A stretch of 64,000 bases of DNA from an uncultured Gemmatimonadaceae bacterium (GCA_963829055.1 CAWHHI010000017.1:32001-96000), one strand, 5' to 3'. Counted from the stretch's first letter, positions 12,178 to 24,373 are shown. Numbers and translations: made by a program. The notes: a model not told the origin generated them from the letters alone.

Positions 12178-12807
12178 CTAGAAACTGAACCCGAGCACCA
12201 CCGGGATGAACTTCGTCCTGTCCGGCGTCGTCGCGACCGAGACGTAGCGCGCCTCGAGGAAGAACGACGGACCAAGGCCGCCGATCGACAGGCCGATACC
12301 GCCGTTGTAACCAACGTCGGTTTGCTCATCGCGGAGATTCTGGAACTCGTCGATCGTGCCGCCGACGTCTTGCGACACACGACGATTGTACACGCCCACT
12401 CCGCCGATCAGGTATGGCCGAACGACCGACTGCATGAGCGGCAACACGAGATTCGCCGCCGCGCCCACGAGGTTCACGTTGCCCGTCACCGTGCCCAGGC
12501 CTTCAGACGGCAGCACGTCGTTCCCCACCTTTCGGATGAACGGGTTGTCGAGATCGCTCCGGCTCCAGAACAGCTCGCCGCGCAAGCCGAATCGACCCGT
12601 GCCAACGCCGACGAACCCGTTCGCCACGAGCCCGGTTTTCGCGCCGTCGGCGAATTCGCCATTGGGAAGATTCGCCCCAATCGATGCGCCAAAGCCGATG
12701 CCCGTCTTCTGCGCGGCGAGCGGCGACGTCGCCGTGACCAGTGCCATCAGCGCGACGCCGAACGTCGCGGCCGAGATGCGTGTAGGTATGCGTGTGCGTG
12801 CGTCCAT
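12178..12807 (-). CDS. Outer membrane beta-barrel protein (OMP_b-brl type)
   Basis: Signal peptide ending LAAQ, amphipathic strands, RPYLIGGVGVY, GYNGGIG, C-terminal Phe. Confidence 0.85.
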   Translation of the reverse strand: MDARTRIPTRISAATFGVALMALVTATSPLAAQKTGIGFGASIGANLPNGEFADGAKTGLVANGFVGVGTGRFGLRGELFWSRSDLDNPFIRKVGNDVLPSEGLGTVTGNVNLVGAAANLVLPLMQSVVRPYLIGGVGVYNRRVSQDVGGTIDEFQNLRDEQTDVGYNGGIGLSIGGLGPSFFLEARYVSVATTPDRTKFIPVVLGFSF

Positions 12808-13437
12808 GAAACTCGAGCTCCGGTATGCTGGGTGTAAAGGTGCGTCGTCCCGCGAGTGCAGCAACCACACCATCATGACCCCGGAGCGTCAAGTTGGTTC
12901 GGTCATCAATATGATCATCGAATGGCAGCGGTTGTAGTGTGACGCACCTCACATCGATACGGCCGTGCTTGCACCGTCACGGTCGCTGACCCGCCTCTTT
13001 CTCGCTCATCGCGGCGAGCGTTGCTGTGCCGGCCGATCGGATCATCCGCGCATAAACACCGAACATCGCGCAGATCTCGACGACCCGAACGGCTCGGCCT
13101 GCGTCAGCCTCAGCTCCGAAGCGGTCGTCGTCCGACACGCGGCACGGTGACGTTAGGCACGTCGGCGCCGATGAGCCGCGCGCCGCGCCGAGCAGCGGGA
13201 TGCGTCCATGGTCCCTCGAGCGAGATACAGATGCCGGACGGGCATTCACGTAGTACCCTGCCGTGGCGCCGCGCGTCACCCGACTCGGACCCGATCCGGA
13301 ACGGCTCGTCCCAGACATCTGCCCACGTCGTGACCAGGCATTGCATCACCGAGGTTCGGCAGTCAAAGTGAGACGAAGCGTCGCCGCGCGGCGACGCCTG
13401 ATCAGTCTATGCACGCCGCCCGGTCGGAGAGCGCCGC

Positions 13438-14723
13438 ATGTCGAACGGATCGAAGCGATCGAACGGATCGCATAGGGTGGCCTCGCGCATCTCGCATCGG
13501 ACGCTCGGGGTCATGGCGTGTCTCGTCGCCACACTCGGATGCGCGCACGCGCTGTCGGCACAATTCGCGTCGGCGATCGATCTCTCGTCGCGCGCCGCGC
13601 GGCCCGGCGCGGGCGAGTGGCAGAGCCAACTCGCCTTGTCGCCGTTCGCGCGCTTCGATCATCCACGACTGACGGTCGACGGGCGCTGGACGGCCATCGG
13701 CGGCGATGGACAGCGGTTGAACGGCTTCGGTAACCTTGGCGCCACCTACTTCTCGCCGACGCGCGGCGGACTCCAACTCTCGGTCGCCGGGTTCGCGGAC
13801 CGCGCGATGCTGAACGAGACATTCGCCGTCACGAGCCTCGGCGCGGACACTCGGCTCTCGTACCGCGCCGGAGCGTCCGGCGCGTGGCTCGGACGCGAAG
13901 TCATGCGGGACAACAAGCCTACACCCGTTTCGCCCGTGCCTCGAGTGTCGGCAGGCGGCTGGCATCAGTGGGGCGCCACAGTGTTGACGGTTTCGTTGTC
14001 GTCGTTCGAATCGCGCGAGGGCGCACGCGGACCGAGAACGTGGCAGGAGGTCAGAACGACATCGAGACCGTCGTCCAATCCGGGCGTCTCCGACAGCGGT
14101 CGCACGCTCGACACACTGACGTTCGGCGACAGCGGGAGCACAGGCACGCCACGCCGACTGGAACGACGCCGAGGTCGCGCTGCACTGGAGCGCGGGCCCG
14201 GTCGCGCTACGTGGCGTGGTCGGCACGCGTGTGTTCACGGCCCGTCAGCCTAACGAGACGTGGGGACAGGTGCAGGGCTCGCTGGCGTTCGCACGCGACT
14301 TCGCGCTCATCGCCGCAACAGGCGTGCATCCCGCGAGCGCCGCGTACGGCATCTCCGCGAGCGCGCTTCCTCGAGCTCGGATTTCGAGTAGCGCCAAGCG
14401 TGCTCCGGCGCCCGCGTCTGCCAACGGGCGTGCGTCCGGTCGCGGTGGCGTTCGCCGTGGAAGATCGCGCGAGCGGCCAGCGAACGCTGCGCATTCGCGT
14501 GCCGAGCGCACGAAGCGTGGAGCTGAGTGGTGACTTCACAGGCTGGAAACCGATCACGCTCACCCACGCGGACGACGATCACTGGGAAACGACGCTCGCG
14601 ATCGCACCCGGGATGCACCGTGTCGTTATTCGCGTCGATGGTGACGCGTGGACACCGCCGCCTGGTGTCTCGTCGGTGCCGGATGAGTTTCAGGGGACAG
14701 TCGGCGTCATCGTCATCAAGTAG
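13438..14723 (+). CDS. Exported beta-strand-rich (barrel-like) protein with C-terminal glycogen-binding (AMPK-beta/CBM48-like) domain; frameshifted
   Basis: Signal peptide (AHALSAQ); C-terminus ARSVELSGDFTGWKP...WETTLAIAPGMHRVVIRVDGDAWTPPPG...DEFQG. Confidence 0.8.
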
Positions 14724-14727
14724 ACGG

Positions 14728-14912
14728 CGTGCAGCGCGTATAGCTGCACGCTGGGCACATCTGCCGACGGCTGCATGCTGCGGCCGCACGCCGCGCAGCT
14801 ACCAGCCGTCGGTACATCACGCGCTGCCCGCCGTGCGAAAGCACCCAGCGTCACCCAGCAACAAGCACGAGCACCCAGCCACCAGCGCAGTTCTCAGTCC
14901 CCAGTTTCTCGT
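14728..14912 (+). repeat. Intergenic repeat, family D, copy 1
   Basis: Shares TGCCGACGGCTGCATGCTGCGGCCGCACGC (30 nt) and GCACCCAGCGTCACCCAGCA with 49225-49410. Confidence 0.85.
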
Positions 14913-14949
14913 GACGATGCGATGGCATGCGGGGTTCAACTCCGTACCA

Positions 14950-15486
14950 ATGACGGATGCCACGCTCGTGCGCCGGGTGCTCGAGGGCGACACGGCCGCG
15001 TTCACGACTGCTCGTGGACCGGCACGCCGCGGCATGCACGCGGTTCGCAACGCGGATGCTCGGCAACCGCGAGGACGCCGAGGACGCGACGCAGGAGAGC
15101 TTTCTCCGAGCGTATCGGTCGCTCGCGCGCTACGAGGAACGACAGGCCTTTCGAACGTGGCTGTTCCAGATTCTCGTGAATCGATGCCGCACCGCGGCCG
15201 TTCGACGACAGCGCCGTCACCGTATGTTCCTCGTGGACGACAACGCGATCGCGTCGGCCAGCGTGCGACCGGCCGCCGACTCCACCGAGCTGCGCGCGGA
15301 GTTGCAGCGTGCCATCGACGCACTCGACCCCGACCAGCGCGAGGCGTTTCTCTTGAAGCACGTCGAGCAGCTCAGCTACGATGAGATGGCGGAGGCGACC
15401 GGGGTCGGCGTGTCGGCGCTGAAGATGCGCGTGAAGCGCGCGTGCGATCGAATGCAGTGGTACTGCTGGCGGCGAGGGAGAGGTGA
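14950..15486 (+). CDS. ECF-type sigma-70 factor (frameshifted)
   Basis: MTDATLVRRVLEGDTAAF; DAEDATQESF, FRTWLFQILVNRC; QREAFLLKHVEQLSYDEMAEATGVGVSALKMRVKRA. Confidence 0.95.
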
Positions 15487-15489
15487 GCG

Positions 15490-16150
15490 ATGTCGGAACC
15501 TGACGACCCGCGCTGGCTGGACGAGATCGGCGATGAGCTGCGCGAAGAGGTGCCGGTGCGCGCCGCGTGGCGCTCGCGTCTGCTGGACGATGTCGCACGC
15601 TCGCGCCGCCCAGCACTGGGTGACGACGTACGATGACCGCGTTCGATGACGCGAGCGCCGCGATAGCGGACGCTACTCCGCGTCGACGCCGCATCGTCCT
15701 CACAGCCGATCGCCAGCGTCGCGGCAGCGCTGCTCTTCGTGGCACTCGGCGCGGGCGTGACGTACGTGGCGCTGTCAGGTCGCGAGCCAGCACGCTGGCG
15801 CCGATCGCGTCAGCCTCTCGGGACAGCGCAACGCGCACGACGACCACACTCGTGTCGACTCACGACGCCCGCGGAGCGCGAGGTCGTGCGGTTCGAGCTC
15901 TCGGCCCCGAACGCGTCGCGCGTCGCGCTCGTCGGCAGCTTCAACGAATGGAATCCGGTCGCGACGCCACTCTCGCGCGATCCGGCGACGTGGAACGTGG
16001 ATGGTCTCGTTACGTCTTCCACCGGGTCGCCACGTGTACGCGTTCGTCGTCGATGGTGACGTGACGGCCGATCCCGCCGCTCCGCGCGCGGCCGACGACG
16101 ACTTCGGCTCGGCGAACTCGGTCGTGCTCGTGTCGGGGAACGCGTCATGA
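15490..16150 (+). CDS. Putative anti-sigma factor with one TM helix and C-terminal glycogen-binding (CBM48/AMPK-beta-like) domain; frameshifted
   Basis: MSEPDDPRWLDEIGDELREEV; hydrophobic AAALLFVALGAGVTY; VRFELSAPNASRVALVGSFNEWNP...LPPGRHVYAFVVDG...DPAAP...DDFGSANSV. Confidence 0.8.
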
Positions 16151-16802
16151 TCGCTCGGATGCCGTCGGCCATCTCCACGCGCATCGGTCATGGTGTCGCT
16201 CATCGTGGCGTTCTCGGCTCGCCACGAGCGCGACACGGCCGTGCGCAGGAGAGTCGATCGTACACTTCCGTGCGCAGCTCTCGGCGCGACGCGCGCGACG
16301 CTCGAGCGCCTGATCGACTCGGCGCGCGTCGCGGGCCTGCCGGTCGACCCGCTGTACTCGAAGGTGCGCGAGGGTGTCTTTCGCTCGGCGGACGAGGCGC
16401 GCGTCGTCGCCGCCGTGCAGCGACTCGCGCCGCGATCTCGGCGACGCCCGTTCGGCGTTAGGCGACAGCGCCGGCGCCGAGGAGATCGCGGCCGGAGCGA
16501 ACGCGCTGCGCGCCGGCGTCCGACCGGCTGACCTGTCGCGACTGCGCGATTCGCGCGGCCGGCGTGGCGATCATCCGCTGACGGTCGCGCTCGTGGTGCT
16601 CGCCGATCTCGCGACGCGCGGCGTCCCGCCGGCGATGGCCGCGGCGTCCGTGAACGAGCTCGTTGCGCGCAACGTGTCCGACGGCTCGCTGCTGTCGTTC
16701 CGTCAGAACGTCGAGCGTGACCTCGTCGGCGGCCGTTCGGCGGCGTCCGCGCTTGATGCGCGAACGAAGTCCATGATCGACGACGAGCGACGACGGCCGT
16801 AG
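16147..16802 (+). CDS. Hypothetical alpha-helical, probably exported protein; frameshifted
   Basis: ATGA-coupled to the previous gene; IDSARVAGLPVDPLYSKVREG...EIAAGANALRAGV...VALVVLADLATRGVP. Confidence 0.7.
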
Positions 16803-16809
16803 GGAATCG

Positions 16810-16970
16810 GCGCAGCTGGGCCTCGGGACTGGGGCCTGGGGACTCGGCACTGCAGACAGAGGACGCCAACCAGCCATCCCGGTCGGACTCGTTGCGACAA
16901 TAGCAGCAGCTCGCAGCTCGAAGCAGTAGCCCGCAGCCGTCGGCAAACAGCAAGCAGCTGCGGCAGCCCC
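16810..16970 (-). repeat. Intergenic repeat, family D, inverted degenerate copy
   Basis: GCAGCCGTCGGCAAA is the reverse complement of the TTTGCCGACGGCTGC core; heptamer-like G-rich tail at the left. Confidence 0.6.
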
Positions 16971-17050
16971 AGAGTACCATAGCGCAACCGCGCTGGTACC
17001 CGCTCTGCACGCTCCATACATTGCGCTCGGCCATGCGACGACGACGCGAG

Positions 17051-20000
17051 ATGACCGAGCTGCGAGACCGCCTTCAGGCCAGTCTCGGCGAGAGCTACCG
17101 GCTCGACCGTGAGCTTGGCGGCGGCGGCATGTCGCGCGTGTTCGTCGCCCAGGACACGCGACTCGGTCGCGAGGTCGTCGTCAAGGTGCTGTCGCCCGAC
17201 CTCGCCGCAGGGGTCAACAGCGAGCGGTTCCATCGCGAGATCCTCGTCGCGGCGCAGCTGCAGCACCCGCACATCGTGCCCGTGCTCGCCGCCGGCGAGA
17301 CCGATGGGCTGCCGTACTTCACGATGCCCTACGTCGCCGGCGAGTCACTGCGTCGCCGGCTCGACGGTGGGAAGCCGCTGCCGGTCGTCAACGCCGTCGC
17401 CGTGCTGCGCGACGTCGCGCGCGCGCTCGCGTACGCGCACGAGCATGGCGTCGTCCATCGCGACATCAAGCCGGACAACGTGCTCGTCGCCGGCGGTTCC
17501 GCGGCGGTCACGGACTTCGGCATCGCGAAGGCGCTGTCGTCGTCGCGCACGTTCGGCGCGGCGAGAACCTGACGCGCGATCGGTAACTCACTCGGCACAC
17601 CGGCGTACATGGCGCCCGAGCAGGTAGCCGCCGACCCGAACGCCGATCATCGCATCGACATCTACTCGTTCGGCGCGATGGCGTACGAGCTCCTCACCGG
17701 GCAGTCGCGCCGTTCGACGGGCGACCGCCGCACGCGGTGCTGTCCGCGCACCTGACCGAGTCAGCCCGCGCCCCTCGAGACGCGAGCGCCGGACGTACCG
17801 CCGGCGCTCGCGGCGCTCGTGATGAAGTGTCTGGCGAAGAATCCCGCCGATCGTCCGCAGACCGCCGACGAGATCGTGCGCGCGCTCGAGCGCGTCGACC
17901 TCTCGGGCGACTGGCGTGCGCCGCCGGCCGAGACGGCCGCGACAGGCGGCGTCACGCACGTCGTACGGCGGCGATCGTCGCGGCCGTCGTGATTGCCGTG
18001 GCTGCTGGCGGCTGGGCGATGCTGGGAGCGGTTTCGCACGCGCGGCACCCGCCCCCAATCGCGACATGGTCGCGGTCGTTCCGTTTCGCGTCGCGACGGC
18101 CGACCCCGCGCTGCACTACCTGCGCGAAGGGATGCTCGACCTGCTCGCGGCGAAGCTGACCGGCGAGGGCGGGCTGCGCGCGACCGACCCGCGGCAATTG
18201 CTCGACGCGTGGCGAACGGCCGGCGGAACCGAATCGTCGGAGCTGCCGCGCGATGACGACGCTCGCGCTCGCGCGCCGCCTCGGCGCGGGACGTCTCCTG
18301 CTCGGCGACGTCGTCGGGACGCCGAATCGGATCGTGCTCACGGCGTCGCTGCTCGGCTCCGCGCGCGGCGACTCGATCGCGAAGCTGAGCGTCGAGGGTC
18401 CGCCCGACAGCCTCGCGTGGCTGGTGGACCGACTCGCCGCCCGACTGCTCGCCGAGACGTCGGCGGAAGGCGCGAGCCGGTCGCGCGAGCCTAACGAGTA
18501 CGTCGCTGCCCGCGCTGCGCGCGTACCTGGACGGCCAGACGAAGATGCGACGCGTGGATGTCGTCGGCGCGGCGAAGGACTTCGAGCGCGCGCTCGACGC
18601 CGACTCGACGTTCGCGCTCGCCGCGCTCGGGCTGCGCATGGCGTCGTCCTGGTACGGCGACGCGACGCTGCAGCAGCGCGGGCTCGACATCGCGTGGCGC
18701 GAACGCGCGCGACTCAGCCAGCGCGACCAGGCGCTGCTGCTCGCCGTTGGCGGGCCCTCGCTACCCCGAAGCGCCAACGGCGCAGGAGCTGCTCGAGGCA
18801 CGCGAGCGCTACCTCGCCGTCGCACCGGACCGCGCGGACGCCTGGTACTTGTTAGGCGACCACGTCTTCCACTACGGCTGGGTGCTCAACGTCCCGAACC
18901 CGGAGGAGCGCGCGCTCGAGTCGTTCCGCCGCGCGTCGGAGATCGACTCGAGCTACGTCGTCGGCTACCTCCACGCGCTGCCGCTCGCGCTCTCGCTCGG
19001 CGACACGGCCGCGGCGCGACGGTTCGAGCGGCTGCGACTCGCGTCGGACACGTCGCGCTACTGGTACGTGCTGCACCGCTGGCAGAAGGCGTACGCGCTG
19101 GGCGATTCCGCGCGCGGCCGCGCGATCGCCGACTCGATCGATCTGTCGCAGTACGTCTACGGGATGGATCAGATCGCGTTCTACGACGGCACCGGCGCGC
19201 CTGACGTGCAGGCGCGGCATCGACACCGCGCTGCAAGAAGGCGACCGGACGATCCGGCGCGCCGCGGGATCGAGCGGCTGGCTCACGATTTCGAGCTCGT
19301 GGCGGGACGCCGTCGGCGGCGCTGGCGCACCTCGTCGCGTCGGCGGATAGCGCCGACCGACGTGAACATCCCGATCCTCGAGGTCCGCGACGCCCTCATC
19401 GCCGACGGCGACACGACCGCGGCGCTGGAGGGCGCGCGCGCGCTTGCAGCGCTGGGAGGCGGCGTCCCATCTCGAGCGACTCGGCGCGACGCGCCAACCA
19501 GCGCGCGGCGACGCGCGTGCTCGAGCCGTGGCGTCTCTCCCACGGCGATACGTCGCAGACGCGCCGAAGCATCGATCGCCTTCGCTCCATCGCGCGCCCG
19601 CTCACGGGCGCGCGCAGAGTCGACGCCGAGGTCGAGATCGCGGCGATCGAGGCGATGCATGCGGATGTCGACGCGCAGCCCGGACCTTCGTGCGGCGACG
19701 TTGCGACTTGACTCACTGCTCCGCGTGCTCGACTACGCCGACAGCGAACCCGGGGCGAACGTCGTTCGCGAATCTCGTCGCGGCGCGATTGCTGGAGAAG
19801 CTGGGCGACATGCGCGGGGCGCTCACCGCGGCCCGCCGCCGCACGGACGCGTGGGTGCAGAACAACCCGTATCTCGGCGACGCAGCTCCGCGAGCAGGGT
19901 CGCCTCGCGGCGCTCGCCGGCGAGCGAGAGGAGGCGATCAGGGCGTATCGGCATTACCTCGCGCTACGAGCGCGATGCGGAGCCCGCGATCAGGCCGCAG

Positions 20001-20057
20001 GTGGAAGCCGTTAGGCGAGAGCTCAAGCAGCTCGAGAAGTCGAGCGGCGGGAAGTAA
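17051..20057 (+). CDS. Ser/Thr protein kinase with TM helix, TolB-like and TPR-like domains (frameshifted)
   Basis: [46 protein letters not shown]; helical repeat C-terminus. Confidence 0.93.
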
Positions 20058-20310
20058 CGTCCGAGCCGCGAGCCGGGAGCGCTGGCGAGACGCGCGAGGA
20101 TCGCAGAGTCATCCCCAGTCGCTGAGCACGCGGACCGGCGTCAGCATGGATCCGCTCGACTCGCTGTCGCTCGCTCGGCATGCAGAGCCGAGCGGATACG
20201 GGGACTGAAACCTGATGACTCGACTGAGTGACTGGCCCACTTGGTACTGGCCATGCCGTCGCCGGATTCCAGCCGTCTCGGGCCGCTCACCCAGTCTCTC
20301 CAGCGACTTC

Positions 20311-21969
20311 CTAACGCGGACACCGCCGCAACAAGTCGCTTCGGCTGCGGCGCGTTCGGGTAGAGCTCGCGCGCCGCGCCGGCGTACTGACGCACGTGCT
20401 TGCAGTCCGCCTCGCGCCGCGTACGACTCCGCCAGTCGCATGTTGATCCGGTAAGCTGCCCGGATCGAACAGCGCCGCCCGCGTCGCCTGCGCCGTCGTC
20501 GTGGCCGACGTGTAGACCGACATCGCGGCGATCTGGCCGCTCGCGCGCAGCACGATCGAGCACCGCGATCACGACTGCCGCGCCAACGACTGGACCGCGA
20601 ACTGTCGCCGGCAAGCGTGGCTCGCGGTCTTGCCCGGCGGGGACAGCGCTCCGACGATCGACCAGAGAAACAGACTCGGGATCGCGATCAGCACCACCGC
20701 GTCGAACGCGCCGACGATCGCGGCGATCACCACCGTCGCCGCGAGCGCAACGGCACCGAGCCGTTCGTGCGACGTCGACGCTGCACGCGCGCGCATCCAC
20801 GCGCCGACGAGCGAGTCCGAACAAGCGCGAACGCGTACATCACGACCGCGGCGAACCCGCGCTCCGCCACGAACGCGACCCAGTCGCTGCTCGGCCACGG
20901 GTTCGACGTCATGCCCTTCGTCGTTGAGCGACGGATCGTTGCGCGACGCGAACTTCGGGTATTCGACCGACCAGTTGCCCGGCCCAACGCCTAACAGCGG
21001 ATTCGCGACCGCCATGCGGAGCGAGTTGCGATACTGCACGAGCCGGCCTGCGCCGCTTCCTTCCTTGTAGTTCACGACGCCGCGGACGGAATCGAGGTAC
21101 GGCGAGTCGCTCTTCCACTCGAGCGCGTTCGGGAGCACGAGGGCGCGCGACGACCGCCAGCGCGCGACACCCCGGCCAGCACGACGAGTCGGCGACGTCG
21201 CACCGCGTCGGCTCCAGGCATCGCGCATGCGCCATCCGAGGAGCACCATGAGCGCGCCGCCGACCATGAGCGCCAGCCACGCTGCTCGCGAGCGCGACAG
21301 CACGAGCGCCGCCGCCACGAATGCCATCCCCGCGGTACCAAGTGAAAAGCCCCACGTCCGTCGCGCCTCGATGGCGCACAGGAGCACGATCGGCGTGCCG
21401 ATCGCCGACAGGTGCGCCATGAAGTTCCGATTGCCGAACGTCCCGCCCGGCGCTCGACTCAGGCTCATGTACTCCGGCTCGACGCCGTACGCCTGAAGGA
21501 GCGCGGTCATCGCACCGGCAACGATCGCGACCGCCAGACCGGTAACGAGCGCGCGCTCGTAGCCGGCGCGGCGAGTGCGCGCGCGACCCAGAAGACGTCA
21601 GGCCACTGCGCCGTGATCGCGAGCGCTCGTGTCGCCAGCCACCAGTTCGTGGCGAACAGCGCCAGACACGACGCTCAGCACGAGGAACGCGACGAGGAAC
21701 GTGTCCACGCGAGAGAGTACGGGACGCGGCCGCTTCGCCAGCGCGATGAGCCCGGTGATCGCCGCCGTCGCGTGCAGCGCGAGCTCCTTCGGCACGAAGA
21801 AGCGATCGAGATCGAACGACTTGTACGGCAGCGACAGCAGAACGACCGCGAGCGCACCGATGATGACCGTCGTGAGAGCAACGACATCAGCCGCCGAGCG
21901 TGTGGAAACGCTCGTCGTCGTGTGCTTCACGCGGATGTCATCGATCGCGAGGACCGAGTTTGCTGCCAT
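20311..21969 (-). CDS. O-antigen ligase (Wzy_C) family membrane protein with TPR-like tail; frameshifted
   Basis: FFVPKEL, GTFGNRNFMAH, LSRSRAAWL, GRL..YRNSLRM..NPLLGVGPGNW, VAERG. Confidence 0.85.
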
Positions 21970-22112
21970 GTCGTCCACCAGTGCCAAGCGCAGTGCGACG
22001 GTTCGACGGGGAATCGCGCGCCCGGGTAACTTATCCGCGCTCGCGGGTTGCCGCCGCTGCGGGGCCTGAGGAAGGAGCTGGACGGCGGACTGGCGGATGG
22101 CGGTGAAAAGCG

Positions 22113-22245
22113 TGTCATCCCGAGGAGTGAAACGACGAGGGACCTTCCATGATGTCATCGTAGCCAGTCCGGCCACGAGTACTTCATAGGAGGTCCCTCG
22201 TCATGCACCCGCCTGCGGCGGGTTCCCGCGCTCCTCGGGATGACA
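22113..22245. repeat. REP-like palindromic element, family A
   Basis: GTCATCCCGAGGAG..GACGAGGGACCT..AGGTCCCTCGTC..CTCCTCGGGATGAC. Confidence 0.9.
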
Positions 22246-22261
22246 ACCTGCTTCCTACGGC

Positions 22262-23731
22262 CTAGCTCATCCCCCACAACGACGCGGTTTGCTTCCGCAC
22301 CGGCTGCGGGATCAGCTCGGACTCGACGTCGCCGCGCGGGAGCGTCAGCGTGAACGTGGAGCCCTGACCGTACACGCTCGTCACTGCAAGGTCGCCGCCC
22401 ATGGCGCGCGCGAGCTCACGGCTGATCGACAGGCCGAGGCCAGTGCCGGCGGACGCCCGCGTTAGGCCGTTGTCGAGCTGCACGAACGGCTCGAAGATCG
22501 CATCGAGCTTCTGCGGCGGAATCCCCGGACCCGTGTCGGTCACGCGGATCTCGATCGCATCGATCGAGTCGAACGCAATCGACGTCGATGGCGCCGTGGC
22601 GCGGCGTGAACTTGCACGCGTTCGACACCAGGTTCACGACGATCTGTCGCACCTTCTCGCGATCGGCGCGGACGATCAGCTGATCCGCGGCCGCACGCCA
22701 ACCGTACGTCGAGCTCCTTCGCATCGATCAGCGGGCGACAGAGGGGGTCCACCGCGAGGCGAATGTCGCGGACCGGCAGCGGCCGTGATCCGCAGCTCGA
22801 CCCGGCGCGCGTCCACTCGCGCGAAGTCGAGCAGGTCGTTGATGATCGCGAGCAGGTGACGCTCGTTCGACTCGATGCGCTTGAGGATCGAGAGCTGCTC
22901 CTCGCTCAATGCCACCGTAGATCCCCATCTCGAGCAGCTCGAGGTAGCCCTGGATCGCGGTGAGCGGCGTGCGCAGCTCGTGGCTCATCATCCGCAGGAA
23001 GTCCGTCTTCGCGCGGTTCGCTTCCTCGGCCGCTGTGCGCGCCGTCTGCTCCTGCTCGAGGACCGCGGTGCGCTGCAGTTCGAGCTGACGCCGATCGGCG
23101 ATGTAGCGACGAATGTTCGCCAGTGCGAGCGCGGCGGCAATGAACGAGACGAGCAACCCGATCGCGAGCAGGATGCCGGCGTCGCTCGCACGCGCAGCCT
23201 GCTCGCGGGACCGCGCGGCGAACAGGATTCGCTGGTCGTCGCGGAACTCACGAAGCAGCGCGTCGACACGATCGTGCATGTCGGTGATGTCCTCGATCTC
23301 GCATCGCGATCGCCGCGGAGTCCAGTCCGCGCTGCTGCCGGAGGTTCGCGATGCTGCTCGAGATCATCGAGATGGGCCGCAAGCACGGGCGCGAGTGAGT
23401 CCGCGCGGGCGCTCGAGGCAGCATCCATAGTGCAGCAGCAATGGCGCGGAGCCGCTCGACGTTGCGCTCCGCGCTGCACGCGCGCCTGCTCGAATCGATC
23501 GCGGTCGTCGACGTTGCCGCCTAACACGTAATCACGCTGCGCGATTGCGGCGTCATCGATGCTGGCGCGCAGCATGTCGACCTGCTCGATCACGGCCTCG
23601 GTGTCGCCTGCGCTGCGCGTCGCCACCGCGAGCTTGCCCAGGCTGACGTATGAGAGCGTACCAATCAACGCGACAGCGACGACGCCGGAGCCGAAGTTGA
23701 GGCTGACTTTTTCGTAAAGCGTGAGCGTCAT
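22262..23731 (-). CDS. Sensor histidine kinase with CHASE3-like periplasmic domain; frameshifted
   Basis: Two TM helices, [15 protein letters not shown] (H box), [25 protein letters not shown]. Confidence 0.92.
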
Positions 23732-24199
23732 GTGCGCTTACCCGTTTCAGACGCCGAGATGCATTTCAGCGACGTCTACCACAGGAGCGGTGAGACGATC
23801 GCGTTCATTGTCGCTGACAGAATCAGTCGTGGTCCGCCCAGCGCTGTATACGTTTGCCCCGGGCGCCGGACTATGCAACCCTCGGTCGCAGTGACCGAAC
23901 TACGGAAGTCGCCCAGCCGGCCAGGAGAATTCTCTCATCTAACCAACCGACGTGCGAAAAGTCGCTGCGTCACAAATTAGGATAACGTGGACGGCACGCT
24001 AGTACCGTGATGTACGTCGCAAGGTGGCTCCAAGCACACTGATGCAACGGATGCGGAATACTTGCTAACCACGGCCTAACTCTGCCGAACCCGGGCTCTG
24101 CGACCATCATTGCGCCTGATCATTGCAAGCGCGTTGTCGCGTTTCGAGCCGCCTGGTATCGATTGGGTACCGGCGGCGCCCACTAGCGAGGAGCAGCCA

Positions 24200-24367
24200 A
24201 TGCACGCACGCACTGACCCCAATCCGTGGCCCGAGCCGGACCCGAATCCGACCCCAATGCCCGATCCCCGTCCCGATCCAGTCCCTTACCGGGGCGACCC
24301 TCCGGTGCGGATCGTCGACCTTCCGCCTAACACGCCCACCCCCGGCATCCCCGTGGAGCCGACGTAG
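24200..24367 (+). CDS. Small proline-rich hypothetical protein (55 aa)
   Basis: GAGGAG RBS at 24188-24193; MHARTDPNPWPEPDPNPTPMPDPRPDPVP. Confidence 0.6.
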   Translation: MHARTDPNPWPEPDPNPTPMPDPRPDPVPYRGDPPVRIVDLPPNTPTPGIPVEPT

Positions 24368-24373
24368 GGTGAC

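Noticed and set aside
12940..13420. Possible gene or ncRNA between the OMP and the barrel-CBM gene
   Set aside because: Only short ORFs without recognisable motifs or RBS, and no convincing structure
23735..24190. Riboswitch or tRNA in the long, less GC-rich intergenic region
   Set aside because: No recognisable aptamer or cloverleaf; consistent with a divergent promoter region
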